Shown: positions 39,688 through 50,014, counted from the stretch's first letter. The stretch: 64,000 nucleotides of DNA from an uncultured archaeon (GCA_937143345.1 CAKZRD010000019.1:9116-73115), one strand, 5' to 3'. A program made the numbers and translations. The notes: generated by a model not told the origin, from the letters alone.

Positions 39688-40929
39688 ATGAAAAAACAGA
39701 TAATTTTTTTTATAGCATTATTTTTCTATTTCTATTCTGTTTATTCTTTTGATTTAAAAAGCTTGAATGGAGAAGTTTATGCAGGAGAAACTTTTATAGC
39801 TGAATTTGAAGCTGATTTAAAAAGCAATTTAAAAAAAGAAGATCTAAAAGTTTATGAAGAAAGAAGAGAAGTTTATTTTGAAAAAGGAATTTTTTCTTAT
39901 AAAAATAAAACTTTTATTTATGTAGTTTTTCCAAAAAAAGGAAATTTTTCTATTCAAACTGATAATCTTTTGTATTATGAAAACGGTACTTTAATGGAAA
40001 AAAAAATAAATAAAATTATAAATGTTGAAGGGAACAAAACTGAAATTCTTCAAATAAGTCCTGGAGTTGTTATAGGAAATAATTTAAGTTTCTCATTGTC
40101 GAATAAAGGAAATAAAATTATTAAAGGAAAATTCCAAAACCAAACATTTGAATTGAATGAAGGAGAATCAAAGAATTTTTTTATTAAACCTGAAAAAGAA
40201 TTTTTTTACTTAAACATAGAAAGTTATAAAAGTTTTAAAATTCCCGTAGTTTACTTTCCATTAGAAAATGAAACAAAAAATAATGAAAACAAAACAAATA
40301 ATAAAACAATTAATGAATCAATAAAAGAACCAATAAAAAATAAGACGGAAATTAAAAAAGTAGAAATAAATGAAAGCTTAATAGAAAAATTTTTTGAAGT
40401 AAACAAAACAGAGGTTGTTTCCTTTTATGTTAAAAATTTAGTTAATGAAAAAATTAATCTCTTATTAAAATGTAAAATAAAAAACTTAAACTTTTCTAAG
40501 GATTATAACTTGTCTCCATTTGAAGAAAGAGATATTTTTTTGTTTTATAGTCCGAATGAAACAGGGAATTATGAAGAGAACTTAACAATTTTTTACGAAA
40601 ATGAAAGTTTGAATATTACATTAAAATTCTTTGTTATAACAAAAGAGAGTTTAAAAATAAAAGAAAGAATAGGAGATAATGAAAAAAAATTAACATCTTG
40701 CCAAGAAATAAATGGCACTCCGTGTTCTCAATCTGGCTTTACTTGTAAAAATGGAAATAATGTTCCTTTCGTCGGTATAGGTTTTTGTTGTATTGGGGGA
40801 GAATGCGTAAAAATAGAGGAAGTAAATGAAAAAAAAAACATATCAAATTATGTTGTCGGAGTTGTTTCTTTTATTATTTTAATAATCATAGTTTATCTCA
40901 TAATCAAGAAATATAAAAAAGTTAAGTAA
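39688..40929 (+). CDS. Membrane-anchored surface glycoprotein with Cys module
   Basis: Signal peptide; many N-x-S/T sequons; CQEINGTPC...CCIGGEC; C-terminal TM helix. Confidence 0.75.
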   Translation: MKKQIIFFIALFFYFYSVYSFDLKSLNGEVYAGETFIAEFEADLKSNLKKEDLKVYEERREVYFEKGIFSYKNKTFIYVVFPKKGNFSIQTDNLLYYENGTLMEKKINKIINVEGNKTEILQISPGVVIGNNLSFSLSNKGNKIIKGKFQNQTFELNEGESKNFFIKPEKEFFYLNIESYKSFKIPVVYFPLENETKNNENKTNNKTINESIKEPIKNKTEIKKVEINESLIEKFFEVNKTEVVSFYVKNLVNEKINLLLKCKIKNLNFSKDYNLSPFEERDIFLFYSPNETGNYEENLTIFYENESLNITLKFFVITKESLKIKERIGDNEKKLTSCQEINGTPCSQSGFTCKNGNNVPFVGIGFCCIGGECVKIEEVNEKKNISNYVVGVVSFIILIIIVYLIIKKYKKVK

Positions 40930-40948
40930 ATTTTTTAAGTTAAAAATT

Positions 40949-41389
40949 TCAAATTTCAGAACTTCCGAGTTTTGTTAGAGCCTGTTTTATCTCCTCTAAT
41001 TCTTTATCAAGTGAACTTAGTTTAGAGCTTTTTATATTTTCAGTAGGCAAAGAAGAATCTTCTAAAGAAATTTCTCTTTCGATTGTTATCCTTTGAGTCA
41101 TTCTTGTTTTTCTCATTTCAGACTTATTTTGAATTACTGGAAAATCGCCTTCTAAATTATTCGTTTGACTATATGAAAAGTTAAGCAATCTTCTAAGTTC
41201 GTTTATAAGTTTGTCTTTTTCTGTTTTTAACTCATTTATTCTTTCAGTTATTTTTATACAATTTATAATTAACAAAGCAGTTTTTAAAATAAGAATTTTA
41301 TTCCTTTTATATCTCGGAAGAGAAATAGGCAAATAAATAGGATCATCAAACTTTTTAGAAAAAGTTCTCTTATTTTGTTTTGCCATCAT
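40949..41389 (-). CDS. Hypothetical coiled-coil protein
   Basis: 146 aa; ATGA overlap with the upstream gene. Confidence 0.65.
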   Translation of the reverse strand: MMAKQNKRTFSKKFDDPIYLPISLPRYKRNKILILKTALLIINCIKITERINELKTEKDKLINELRRLLNFSYSQTNNLEGDFPVIQNKSEMRKTRMTQRITIEREISLEDSSLPTENIKSSKLSSLDKELEEIKQALTKLGSSEI

Positions 41390-41757
41390 ATTTTATTAAA
41401 AATATCTTCGTCTATTTTTGCTAAATTCTCTCTTATTTTTTTCATTTCTTCTTTCCAAGCTGCAATTTCTTCTCCTTCTTTCAAATCTATTTCATGTATT
41501 TTTTCTAGAACATGGTCCATTTCTTTTAACCTCTTAGTAATTAGTCTTAAATTATCTCTAAACTCATTAAATTTGTCTATTCTAACAAAAAAAGGAGCTT
41601 TGTCAGGTGTTCCTTCTAGTTCTTTTAAAACGGGGGGAATTTCTCTTTCTGGGAAGGAACCTAATTGAACCTGATTTTGAGAAATTGGCGGGTTTATTTG
41701 TGGTAATTGAGACAACAGTTGTTCCTCTTTTTTCCCAAATAAATTAAATAAACCCAT
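41386..41757 (-). CDS. Hypothetical coiled-coil protein
   Basis: MGLFNLFGKK amphipathic start; PFFVRIDKF...WKEEM coiled coil. Confidence 0.7.
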   Translation of the reverse strand: MGLFNLFGKKEEQLLSQLPQINPPISQNQVQLGSFPEREIPPVLKELEGTPDKAPFFVRIDKFNEFRDNLRLITKRLKEMDHVLEKIHEIDLKEGEEIAAWKEEMKKIRENLAKIDEDIFNKI

Positions 41758-41860
41758 AATGGTTTAATGAAAAAATTGTTTAAAAAGATTTGTATAAACT
41801 ATAAAGTTAATCCTATTTATTCAAAGAAAAATATATAAAAATGCTTTTTTTAAAAAAAAA

Positions 41861-43054
41861 ATGAAAAAATATGTTATTTTTGCTTTAAAAAGTTTAAAAC
41901 AAAGAGGAATAAGGAGTTGGCTTACTTTAATTGGTATTATTATTGGTGTTTCGTTAGTTGTTTCTCTTTTTCTTCTTGGTGATGGGTTGGGGTTGGCGAT
42001 TTCCTCACAATTCGGAATTTCTTCTACTGAAATAATTTCAGTTACTGCTGGAGGATTAAATGCCTTTGGCCCCCCAGGAACACTTGTTTCAAATCCTTTA
42101 ACAGAAAAAGATTTAGAGGAAATTGAAAAAACTTCTGGAGTAAAAAAAGCTATAAAAAGGTATATAAGAAGTGCTGAATTAGAATATAGAGAAAAAAGGG
42201 ATAGGATTTTTTTAACAAATATTCCTGAAAAAGAAAATGATTTTTTGTATGAACTCCTCGACTTAAAAATAGAAAGAGGGAAATTTATTTCTGGAGATGA
42301 AAGTGGGAAGGCAATGATAGGTTATAATTTATTTAAAAATAAAAATCTTGATGTTGGAAACAAAATAAAAATAAATAATCAAAGTTTTGAGATTGCGGGT
42401 GTTTTAAAAAGAAAAGGAAGCTTTATATTAGACGGCATAATTTTTATTTCTGAAAAAGATTTAGAAAAAATCTCTGAAGACAGAAATATAAATGTTATAG
42501 CAATAAAACCATATTCTTCTGACGAAATTGATAAAGTAAAAGAAAATATAGAAAAAACACTAAGAAAGATAAGAAATGTAAAAGAAGGAAAAGAAGATTT
42601 TCAAGTATCCACTCCTAAAGCTACTTTGTCTAATATAAACAATATTTTATTTGGAGTTAAAATTTTTGTTGTAATAATCGCTTCAATCTCTATTATCGTT
42701 GGCGTTATAGGAATTACAAACACTATGACTACTTCTGTTTTAGAAAGAAGAAAAGATATCGGAATAATGAAGGCAGTTGGTGCAAAAAATTCTCAAATTT
42801 TTCTTTTGTTTTTTGTTGAATCCGGTCTCTTTAGTTTTTTCGGAGGATTGGTTGGAATAATTTTAGGAGTTGGGTTTGCACATATTGGAACAATCTCAAT
42901 CGGTAAATTTCTAAATGTAGAAATTCCACTAAAGATTGATTTTCTTTTCTTAATTTTTTCATTGATTGGAAGTTTTCTAATAGGTGCTTTTGCCGGCACA
43001 AATCCTGCGTTGAACGCTTCTAAATTAAAACCAATAGAAACCCTAAGAGAATAA
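41861..43054 (+). CDS. MacB/FtsX-family ABC transporter permease
   Basis: RSWLTLIGIIIGV, GITNTMTTSVLERRKDIGIMKAVGA, PALNASKLKPIETLR. Confidence 0.93.
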   Translation: MKKYVIFALKSLKQRGIRSWLTLIGIIIGVSLVVSLFLLGDGLGLAISSQFGISSTEIISVTAGGLNAFGPPGTLVSNPLTEKDLEEIEKTSGVKKAIKRYIRSAELEYREKRDRIFLTNIPEKENDFLYELLDLKIERGKFISGDESGKAMIGYNLFKNKNLDVGNKIKINNQSFEIAGVLKRKGSFILDGIIFISEKDLEKISEDRNINVIAIKPYSSDEIDKVKENIEKTLRKIRNVKEGKEDFQVSTPKATLSNINNILFGVKIFVVIIASISIIVGVIGITNTMTTSVLERRKDIGIMKAVGAKNSQIFLLFFVESGLFSFFGGLVGIILGVGFAHIGTISIGKFLNVEIPLKIDFLFLIFSLIGSFLIGAFAGTNPALNASKLKPIETLRE

Positions 43055-43061
43055 TAAAAAA

Positions 43062-44343
43062 CTAAGGGATTAATCTATCTCTGTCCCTTGAAAACATTGT
43101 AGCTTCCTTAATATTATCCAAACCACATATTATTTGAGTAATTCTCTCTAAGCCTATTGCCCAACCAGAATGAGGTGGAGCACCAAATCTAAAACTATCA
43201 ATATAATTTTCAAAGTTCTTAGGATTCATCACTTTAGCCTTTTAATCTTGCGATAAGCAATTCTGGCAAATGAATTCTCTGCTAACCTGAAGAAATCTCT
43301 ACTACCACGCAATATAAACTATCAAAACCCTCGCTTACTTTTGCTTTAGGATCTTCTCCTTTTGGCATTATGTAAAAAGGTTTAAGACTTGACGGCCATG
43401 AATGAACAAAAACTAAATCCCCTGGATACATCTCACATAATTTTTTTCTTGTTCTGGAGTAAAATCTTCTCCAACTTTTCCCCTAACTTTTTTATTCCTT
43501 CTTCATAAGTCAAATAAATTCCTTTTGGGACTTTTAATTTAACTCCAAGAATTTCAAGTTCTTTTTTACAATTCTCAAGTATTTTAGTAACAATAAATTT
43601 TATGCATCCTTCTTGCTCTTGCATAATTTGCATTTGGTTTGTAAAAGCAGCTTCTACATCAGGCATTCTTATCTCATTAATGTGCCTTGTTGTATTATGT
43701 TTTTCTGCTCTCCATGCAGGTCCAATGTAAATGTCTTTTCCATAGAACAAGCAAGCATCTGCTTGTAAAGTTGAGGAGATTGAGCCATAAAAGCTTTTTT
43801 CTCAAAATACTTTACTTCAAATAATTCTATTCCACCCTCGCTTGCAGCAGAAATCATGTAAGGCTGTTGAATTTCAATATAACCTTTTTCATAAAAATAT
43901 TTCCTGAAACTATTTGCTATCTCTGTCTGTATTTTAAAAATAGCCTGAACTCTTTCCCTATGAAAATCTAAAAACTTATAATCCAATCTCTTAGGCATTT
44001 CTGTTTTTGAAAAATCAGAAACATCGATAGGAAGTTTTTCCTCAGCCGAATTTACAAGCTCAATTTTTTCCAAGCCAATTTCTTTTCCTCCGGGAGCCTG
44101 CTTAGAATCTTTAATTATTCCTTCAATATAAACAACAATTTCCCTATTAAGTTTTCCAATTTTCTCAAACTCTGCTTCAGGAGTTTCTCCCATAAAAACA
44201 ACACATTGCATTTTTCCTATTAAATCTCTTAAAACCAAAAACCTAACTTTTCCTAAGGCCCTGGTATCATTCACCCAGACAGCTAGTTTTACCTTCTCTC
44301 CTGCTTTTTTCTTAAATGCTTCTGAAACTTTTATTCTTTCCAT
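43062..44343 (-). pseudogene. aspS: Aspartate--tRNA ligase (archaeal-type) pseudogene
   Basis: OB-fold N-terminus, [35 protein letters not shown]. Frameshifts near 43730, 43475 and 43235; in-frame TAG at 43282-43284 in EISSG*QRIH. Confidence 0.9.
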
Positions 44344-44439
44344 GTTTTATACTTCTTTTTAACTTGTAAGCTAAGGATTTCCATTTAAAAATTGAATATG
44401 CTCCAAGAAGACCATTCCGCGAACAGTAAGATCGAAGTC

Positions 44440-44948
44440 CAGGTACCTATAGCCATCATCATCAAACCCATATAAGCTCCCGCACCCAAACCCTTCTTTT
44501 CCTTAACAATTCTCGCGGCTTCTGTTTCAACCTCACTCAAGCCTATTTTTTCAACACCCAATGCTTGCTCGGGTTTCGCGCCTTTAACAACTTGCTCAAG
44601 AACATGTTTACATCACTCTCTACAATCTTTTTATCGCTAATAGCTTTCAAAACTTCTTCAAAAACATCCATATCAAGTTTTTCTTCTACCTTTTCAAGCT
44701 AAATTAGTATCTCTAAATTTTTTCGTAAATAATTTATTTTTCTTTCTCTACCCCCTTGTTTCGTGGTCCTATCGACTTAACTTCTCTCTCGCTACTTCAT
44801 GAATTTTCATAGAAAAAATCCAATCAGGAAATCCAATCAAGACATTATTTCTCAGCACACCCCGACATCTACAAAGCAATTTTCTTGTATCAAGCTGTTG
44901 ACGAATTTTCAAACCAACCCTTTTTTCTACTTTCTTAAATTTAACTAT
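44440..44948 (-). pseudogene. gatE: Glu-tRNA(Gln) amidotransferase subunit E remnant (N- and C-terminal fragments, centre deleted)
   Basis: VGLKIRQQLDTRKLLCRC (cf. GatE GLEIHQQLDT.KLFC) at ~44870-44920; IVKEKKGLGAGAYMGLMM C-terminal-like motif at ~44455-44510; stops and frameshifts. Confidence 0.75.
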
Positions 44949-44987
44949 GATTATACTTAAGAAAGAAATTAATAAAACAGCGATGCT

Positions 44988-46268
44988 TTAATCCATAGAA
45001 CTTTTACAATGAAGGCCGGGTAAACTACAAACTTCATTAATAATTTCTCTGGTCTGATTCTCATCCAGCGGTACATGTAACACTGATGAATGGGTTTGAT
45101 ATGGTCGGATTTCTCCAGAATTAGTTTTTCCATTATCTTTATGCAGATTAAAATCCAAACATCTGTTTATTTGTTGATCTTTGGCATATTTGATAAAACT
45201 AAGTCTTCTTTGTCTGAATCTTTCTCTATTAGCTATATCTAAAGCTTCTCCACGATAAAAAAAATCAGCTAACGCTGCATCTATTCCTGCATAAACTAAT
45301 CCCATAAAAACCCCAAAATGCTTTCTGTTTGGTCCTTCCGGATCTATAAACCAACTTCCTGCACCTAAAAAAAACGGCATATCTCTCCTATCTAAAACTC
45401 TTCTTTGAGATTCTCTCATAATTGAAGGGTAAACTTTTGCCGATACCCCGAGTAAAGAAGAGTTAGTATCTTCAGAAACAATTTTAGGAATAGGATATAA
45501 AAACGTATACAAATTAGATATTGTCTGACGCTCTCGAAGATATTGTGAATATTTTACATTATTATCTAACTTTCTCCCATTTTCATCGATTATTAAAAAA
45601 GCATGCGGAACAAGAGACTCTGACAAACCTGATTTTTCTATATAAGAGTACATCGCTAAGGAACTAAAAGCTTTAAGAATTTCATTGCAAGCTCTTCCAG
45701 AGATAACAGTATCAATTATAGAAAAAGAATCTATTCGGGGAAAAGCTTCATACATTTCAGCTATCCGACCCCTATCTTCGATTCTCCTTAAAATAATGTC
45801 TGTAAAGGATCTAAAAAAGGGATCGTAACTTCTGCCTCGAGAATCTTTAAATAAAGAAGCAGTAACTCCAGCCCAATACTGCCTTGTTTTTTTTACAAAT
45901 TCATCATTATTAAGGGTGGGATCAAACTTCTTAACATTTAAATCCGCAGTAAACGGAATCAGTAATACTCTAGTCTCTGCATCATGCAAATTTGTATTGG
46001 GATAAATTGTTTCAGGCAACAATGGTGTTAATATTGGTTGAACTGCAACATTCTCAGAAAATCTAGCTGCCTCCGAACTAATTCCTCTGAGTTTGTCCAT
46101 AGCATAAAGTGTACCTAAAAAAAATGGCAGCGAGCCCCTACTTGGAATAACTAAAGTGTTAAAATATCCTTTCTTGTATCTAGTCTCTGCTAAGTCTATA
46201 GCAAGATTCACGCAAGCTTGTGAATATGCAAACATATTCTGCTCGCTAAAAACTTCATCTAAAGACAT
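44988..46268 (-). CDS. Hypothetical protein with phosphoribosyltransferase-like motifs
   Basis: 426 aa intact ORF. LVIPSRGSLPF and FSIIDTVISGRA resemble the type I PRTase PPi- and PRPP-binding loops. Confidence 0.55.
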   Translation of the reverse strand: MSLDEVFSEQNMFAYSQACVNLAIDLAETRYKKGYFNTLVIPSRGSLPFFLGTLYAMDKLRGISSEAARFSENVAVQPILTPLLPETIYPNTNLHDAETRVLLIPFTADLNVKKFDPTLNNDEFVKKTRQYWAGVTASLFKDSRGRSYDPFFRSFTDIILRRIEDRGRIAEMYEAFPRIDSFSIIDTVISGRACNEILKAFSSLAMYSYIEKSGLSESLVPHAFLIIDENGRKLDNNVKYSQYLRERQTISNLYTFLYPIPKIVSEDTNSSLLGVSAKVYPSIMRESQRRVLDRRDMPFFLGAGSWFIDPEGPNRKHFGVFMGLVYAGIDAALADFFYRGEALDIANRERFRQRRLSFIKYAKDQQINRCLDFNLHKDNGKTNSGEIRPYQTHSSVLHVPLDENQTREIINEVCSLPGLHCKSSMD

Positions 46269-46677
46269 AAGGCGTAACTCCTCTTTCAGTTCCTACATTT
46301 AAATCTAAAATGGATTCAACCGTGGATCTGAATTTTCCAACTTCAAAACATTCCTTCCTGATAACACAGACAACATTACCATAGTTTCTCCAGTTAGCAG
46401 GGGGATTTTGAGCAAGAAATAAACATTTTGCATCTGGATAAAGAGTCCTTATTACCTCTAGTATCTGCCTCCAAGAAGTATCGTCTGGTGAATTGTTTAC
46501 TCTAAGAGGTAAATGTCTGTCACAAATATAAAGATGAGCAAAAGGATACTCTCTTTCGCGAAAAGAAGTCATATCTCCTATGGGTACCATTAGTTCTACA
46601 CCTAAAGACAAAGCTAAAGCAGATTCTACTTTTTTCTGCCAATACACACTATCTTCTATATGTAATACTTTTTTCAT
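46255..46677 (-). CDS. Atypical receiver-domain protein
   Basis: MKKVLHIEDS...LYICDRHLP...VIRKE; start at the ATGA overlap with the upstream ORF. Confidence 0.7.
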   Translation of the reverse strand: MKKVLHIEDSVYWQKKVESALALSLGVELMVPIGDMTSFREREYPFAHLYICDRHLPLRVNNSPDDTSWRQILEVIRTLYPDAKCLFLAQNPPANWRNYGNVVCVIRKECFEVGKFRSTVESILDLNVGTERGVTPYVFR

Positions 46678-46916
46678 TTTAACTCCAAAAAACAAAAGAA
46701 TGAATTTACCTGCTTCGTGATATCTTTTATCCAAGATTTATCTAAAAGACTTGGAGCAACTATTGCAACAGAATCAGCACTCTCATTAACAGTGGTTAAA
46801 CAAACTTGAAATAGTGCTCTACCAAAATCCCAAGAAGAGGTAAGATTTAGACTATTTGCTTCAAATCTCTCTTCTAATTCAGACCTAATAAATATTCTAT
46901 CAAACATTATATCCAT
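46674..46916 (-). CDS. Small hypothetical protein, first gene of a three-gene operon
   Basis: 80 aa; GAAAGATTTAAAA promoter-like box upstream; translationally coupled to the receiver gene. Confidence 0.6.
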   Translation of the reverse strand: MDIMFDRIFIRSELEERFEANSLNLTSSWDFGRALFQVCLTTVNESADSVAIVAPSLLDKSWIKDITKQVNSFFCFLELK

Positions 46917-47324
46917 AAAAAGAACTGCCTTTTAAATCTTTCTATTTTGTTGTTTCTTAATAGAAGTGACAAAAGACAATAGTTATAAACTCTTTTTCCT
47001 CTTAAAATTTATAGGGGATAATTATTACAGAAAAATAGGGAGAGTATTGAGCCAGTGTTCCAACGCTTATAACTTTTATCTGAAGTAAATATCTTTCTGT
47101 ATGAACACTATCAACCCTCAAAAGATTAGCAAATCCATAATTACCAATATTAGAATGAATGCAAGGTTCGACAGACAAATTTCCTTTCCGAAGAATTTCT
47201 TTAAAAATGCAATATTTGAGATTATAAACTTGCTCAAAAACTGAATGACTTATCCTCTTTTAAACTTAATTATAATAATATGCCGGAAACCAACAACTAT
47301 TTAAGCTTTTTTCTTATTGAGAAT

Positions 47325-48542
47325 ATGAAGAAAATGATAAAAAAAGAGAATATAAAATACGTTTTAAGGAATCTAAAAAGGAGAAAAACAAGAACTTTTT
47401 TAACTTCTCTTTCTATTCTAATAGGTGTTGCGACTATATTTATTTTTATTAGTTTTGGGGCAGGACTTTACGAATATATAAATGAATTAACCTCTGGTTC
47501 TTCTGTAAATAAGATTATTATTCAACCAAAAGGTTTTGGTACTGTTGGTTTATTTGATAAAAAGATTCAATTAACAGAAAAAGATGTGAAGATTACGGAA
47601 AATATTCCTGGAGTAAAAAGGGTTAGCCCATTATACTTCGGTGTTGCAGAAGTATCTCAAGAAAAAGAAAGGATTTATTCGTTTATACTCGGTTATGATG
47701 CTGAAAAACCCTTAATCTTTGAAGTATCGAACATCGGTTTAGAAAAGGGAAGATTTCTTCAAAAAGGAGAAAAAAACAAAGTTCTTTTGGGATACAACTA
47801 TATGGTAGAAAATAAAATTTTTCCGAAAAAATACGATATAAATCAAAAAATAAAAATAAATAATGAAGAAATGCAAATTGTTGGCTTTATTCGAGAAATA
47901 GGAAACCCTCAAGACGATGCACAAATATATATAACAAAGGAATACTTTGAAGAAGTTTATCCAGAAACAACTAGTTATAGTTGGATTATAGCAGAAGGAG
48001 ATATAAAAGAAATTGATTCTATAGTAGAAAAAATTGAAAATAGATTAAGAAATGAAAAAAACCAAAAAAAAGGAGAAGAAACTTTTTTTGTGCAAACCTT
48101 CGACGATTTGATAAAAACATATCTTTCTGTTTTAAATATAATTATTGGTTTTGTAATATTAATTGCTTTAGTTTCTGTTATTGTTTCTGCAATAAACACT
48201 TCTAATACGATGATAACTTCTGTTTTAGAAAGATATAAAGAAATAGGGGTAATGAAAGCAACTGGTGCAAAAAACACTGAAATTTTATCTATTTTTGTTT
48301 TTGAATCATCTTTAATAGGGTTTATCGCAGGAATTTGCGGGGTTTTGCTTGGTGCTTTTTTAAGTTTCTTAGGAGAAAAAATTCTAACCAACCTGGGTTG
48401 GAGCTTTCTAAAGCCGTTTTTTTCTCTTTGGCTCTTTGTTGGTTGTATTTTATTTGCGACTTTAACTGGGGCCATATCTGGAGCGTTACCTGCGATTCGC
48501 GCCTCGAGAATTAATGTAGTTAATGCTCTGAAATATGAATAA
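47325..48542 (+). CDS. MacB/FtsX-family ABC transporter permease (paralog of 41861-43054)
   Basis: RTFLTSLSILIGV, NTMITSVLERYKEIGVMKATGA, PAIRASRINVVNALKYE; start chosen from the upstream TATA-like box. Confidence 0.92.
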   Translation: MKKMIKKENIKYVLRNLKRRKTRTFLTSLSILIGVATIFIFISFGAGLYEYINELTSGSSVNKIIIQPKGFGTVGLFDKKIQLTEKDVKITENIPGVKRVSPLYFGVAEVSQEKERIYSFILGYDAEKPLIFEVSNIGLEKGRFLQKGEKNKVLLGYNYMVENKIFPKKYDINQKIKINNEEMQIVGFIREIGNPQDDAQIYITKEYFEEVYPETTSYSWIIAEGDIKEIDSIVEKIENRLRNEKNQKKGEETFFVQTFDDLIKTYLSVLNIIIGFVILIALVSVIVSAINTSNTMITSVLERYKEIGVMKATGAKNTEILSIFVFESSLIGFIAGICGVLLGAFLSFLGEKILTNLGWSFLKPFFSLWLFVGCILFATLTGAISGALPAIRASRINVVNALKYE

Positions 48543-48648
48543 AGTTTTAAAAATCTTAAAGAGATCATTTTTAATTTAAAAAACCACACAATAATTTTTA
48601 AATCATTTTTTATCCTGAGAGAAATAAATGATAAATAAATTTTTTCTA

Positions 48649-49485
48649 CTAAAAAATTTTCTTTTTTCTTTTCTTTTTGTAAATCAAGAAAGAAATAATA
48701 AGAACAAAAGAAATTGCTAAGATTATATAAGTATTATATGATTTTCCATTTTTCTTTGTGTGTTCAAAAAAAGAAGGGTTAAAAATTATTTCTTTCTCCA
48801 CGCTCCTTCTTTCTCCGATTTTATCGATGTAACTGACTATCATTTTTATCTTTCCATCAAAAGGAATTGCTGTAAAGTCTGTCGAAGTGTAGTCTCTTGA
48901 ATCTAAATCTCCAACAATGTTTTTATTTCCTCCGAGAATTTTTATATTTTCTTGTTGAGGAACTTCCAAAATTAAAGAATAAACATCTTTTTTTCCAAGA
49001 TTTATTATCTCTAATGTTAATCTTTTTGTTGAATAATCATAATTTTTTACGATAACATCAAAATCTGCTTTGACTTCTTCTATTTTTATCGAAAAATTTT
49101 TAACAATTTTAAAATCTGTTTGTCCTTTTGTTGAATATGAAATCTCTATTTCACTATCTCCATCTATTGCATCTTTATCTATCCTCACTTTATAAGGAAC
49201 AATCCAATTTGAGCTAAAACCTCTTGAAAAAGTACCTGAATTCATTTTTTTTATAGACACAAATTCTGGCTCAAAAATCAAAGGATAATTTCTTAAAAGT
49301 TCCAAAGTTATTTCTCCGCAAGAAGGTGAACTTATCTCAGAAACAACAAAAACAAGCTTAACATAATCTCCAGGAACAGCAGGGTAAGGGTCTTGGTTTA
49401 ATAAGGAAATTTTTGGATTACATTCTGATGCTGTACTAAATATAATTGCAAAAACTAGAATAGCAAAAAACAAAATTTTTCTCAT
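48649..49485 (-). CDS. COG1361-like S-layer domain membrane protein
   Basis: LLNQDPYPAVPGDYVKLVF, VGDLDSRD, C-terminal TM helix. Confidence 0.8.
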   Translation of the reverse strand: MRKILFFAILVFAIIFSTASECNPKISLLNQDPYPAVPGDYVKLVFVVSEISSPSCGEITLELLRNYPLIFEPEFVSIKKMNSGTFSRGFSSNWIVPYKVRIDKDAIDGDSEIEISYSTKGQTDFKIVKNFSIKIEEVKADFDVIVKNYDYSTKRLTLEIINLGKKDVYSLILEVPQQENIKILGGNKNIVGDLDSRDYTSTDFTAIPFDGKIKMIVSYIDKIGERRSVEKEIIFNPSFFEHTKKNGKSYNTYIILAISFVLIISFLIYKKKRKKKIF

Positions 49486-49519
49486 ATAAGGTTAAAAAAA
49501 AGGCAATTTATAAACTTTA

Positions 49520-49666
49520 TTAAATCTTTATGTTTGTTTCTTTTATCTCTTTTGAGTGCTGGTCAAACTCACCTTTAATAAGACAATCAAAACATATTTT
49601 AAAAGTCCCATCTTTTTCTTTTACTCTACCAGTTCCCTTACATTTTGGACAATTCTTGTTAACCAT
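49520..49666 (-). CDS. Small Zn-finger protein (48 aa, absent from ORF track)
   Basis: MVNKNCPKCKGTGRVKEKDGTFKICFDCLIKGEFDQHSKEIKETNIKI*; CxxCxGxG...CxxC. Confidence 0.75.
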   Translation of the reverse strand: MVNKNCPKCKGTGRVKEKDGTFKICFDCLIKGEFDQHSKEIKETNIKI

Positions 49667-49755
49667 ATTTTTTCATAAAAAAACTCGATTAAAAAGGTTT
49701 TCTATGTTTTAATATAAACCAACAAATTTAAAAATGGGTTATTTTTTTATTTTTC

Positions 49756-49980
49756 ATGGCTAAAAAATGTATTTATTGTTTAAAAGAAATAGAAGAAGAG
49801 TTTGTAGTTGATATCTGTGAAAAGTGTATGTATAGGGTGTGGGGACCTAAAATGTCTGAAGCAATAATTTCCTCAATGACAAAAGAAAAAGAAAAAGGAA
49901 ATTTGGAATTAGGTGTAGTTAGCGAAGAAGCAAAAGAACTTTTAAAGACTGATTCTTTTAAACCAAAATTAAATAATTAA
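49756..49980 (+). CDS. Small Zn-binding protein
   Basis: CIYC...CEKC...VWGPKM. Confidence 0.7.
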   Translation: MAKKCIYCLKEIEEEFVVDICEKCMYRVWGPKMSEAIISSMTKEKEKGNLELGVVSEEAKELLKTDSFKPKLNN

Positions 49981-50014
49981 AAACCTTTTTAAATCGAAAA
50001 AAACAAGTTCTAAA

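Noticed and set aside
43282-43284. In-frame TAG in aspS as possible stop-codon recoding (pyrrolysine or alternative code)
   Set aside because: The same gene has several frameshifts and decayed motifs, and TAG terminates other genes in the window normally
43433-44343. The two aspS ORF fragments as a programmed frameshift or split enzyme
   Set aside because: At least three shifts plus a stop, and an adjacent eroded gatE, point to pseudogenisation
44816-44840. Short tandem duplication AAATCCAATCA(G/A)
   Set aside because: Only two units, inside the gatE remnant; a decay scar rather than an array
47000-47260. Stop-free minus-strand frame (~85 codons) and a 47-aa plus-strand ORF at the island edge
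   Set aside because: The minus frame has no start codon and neither frame has a recognisable motif; possibly a relic, but unsupported
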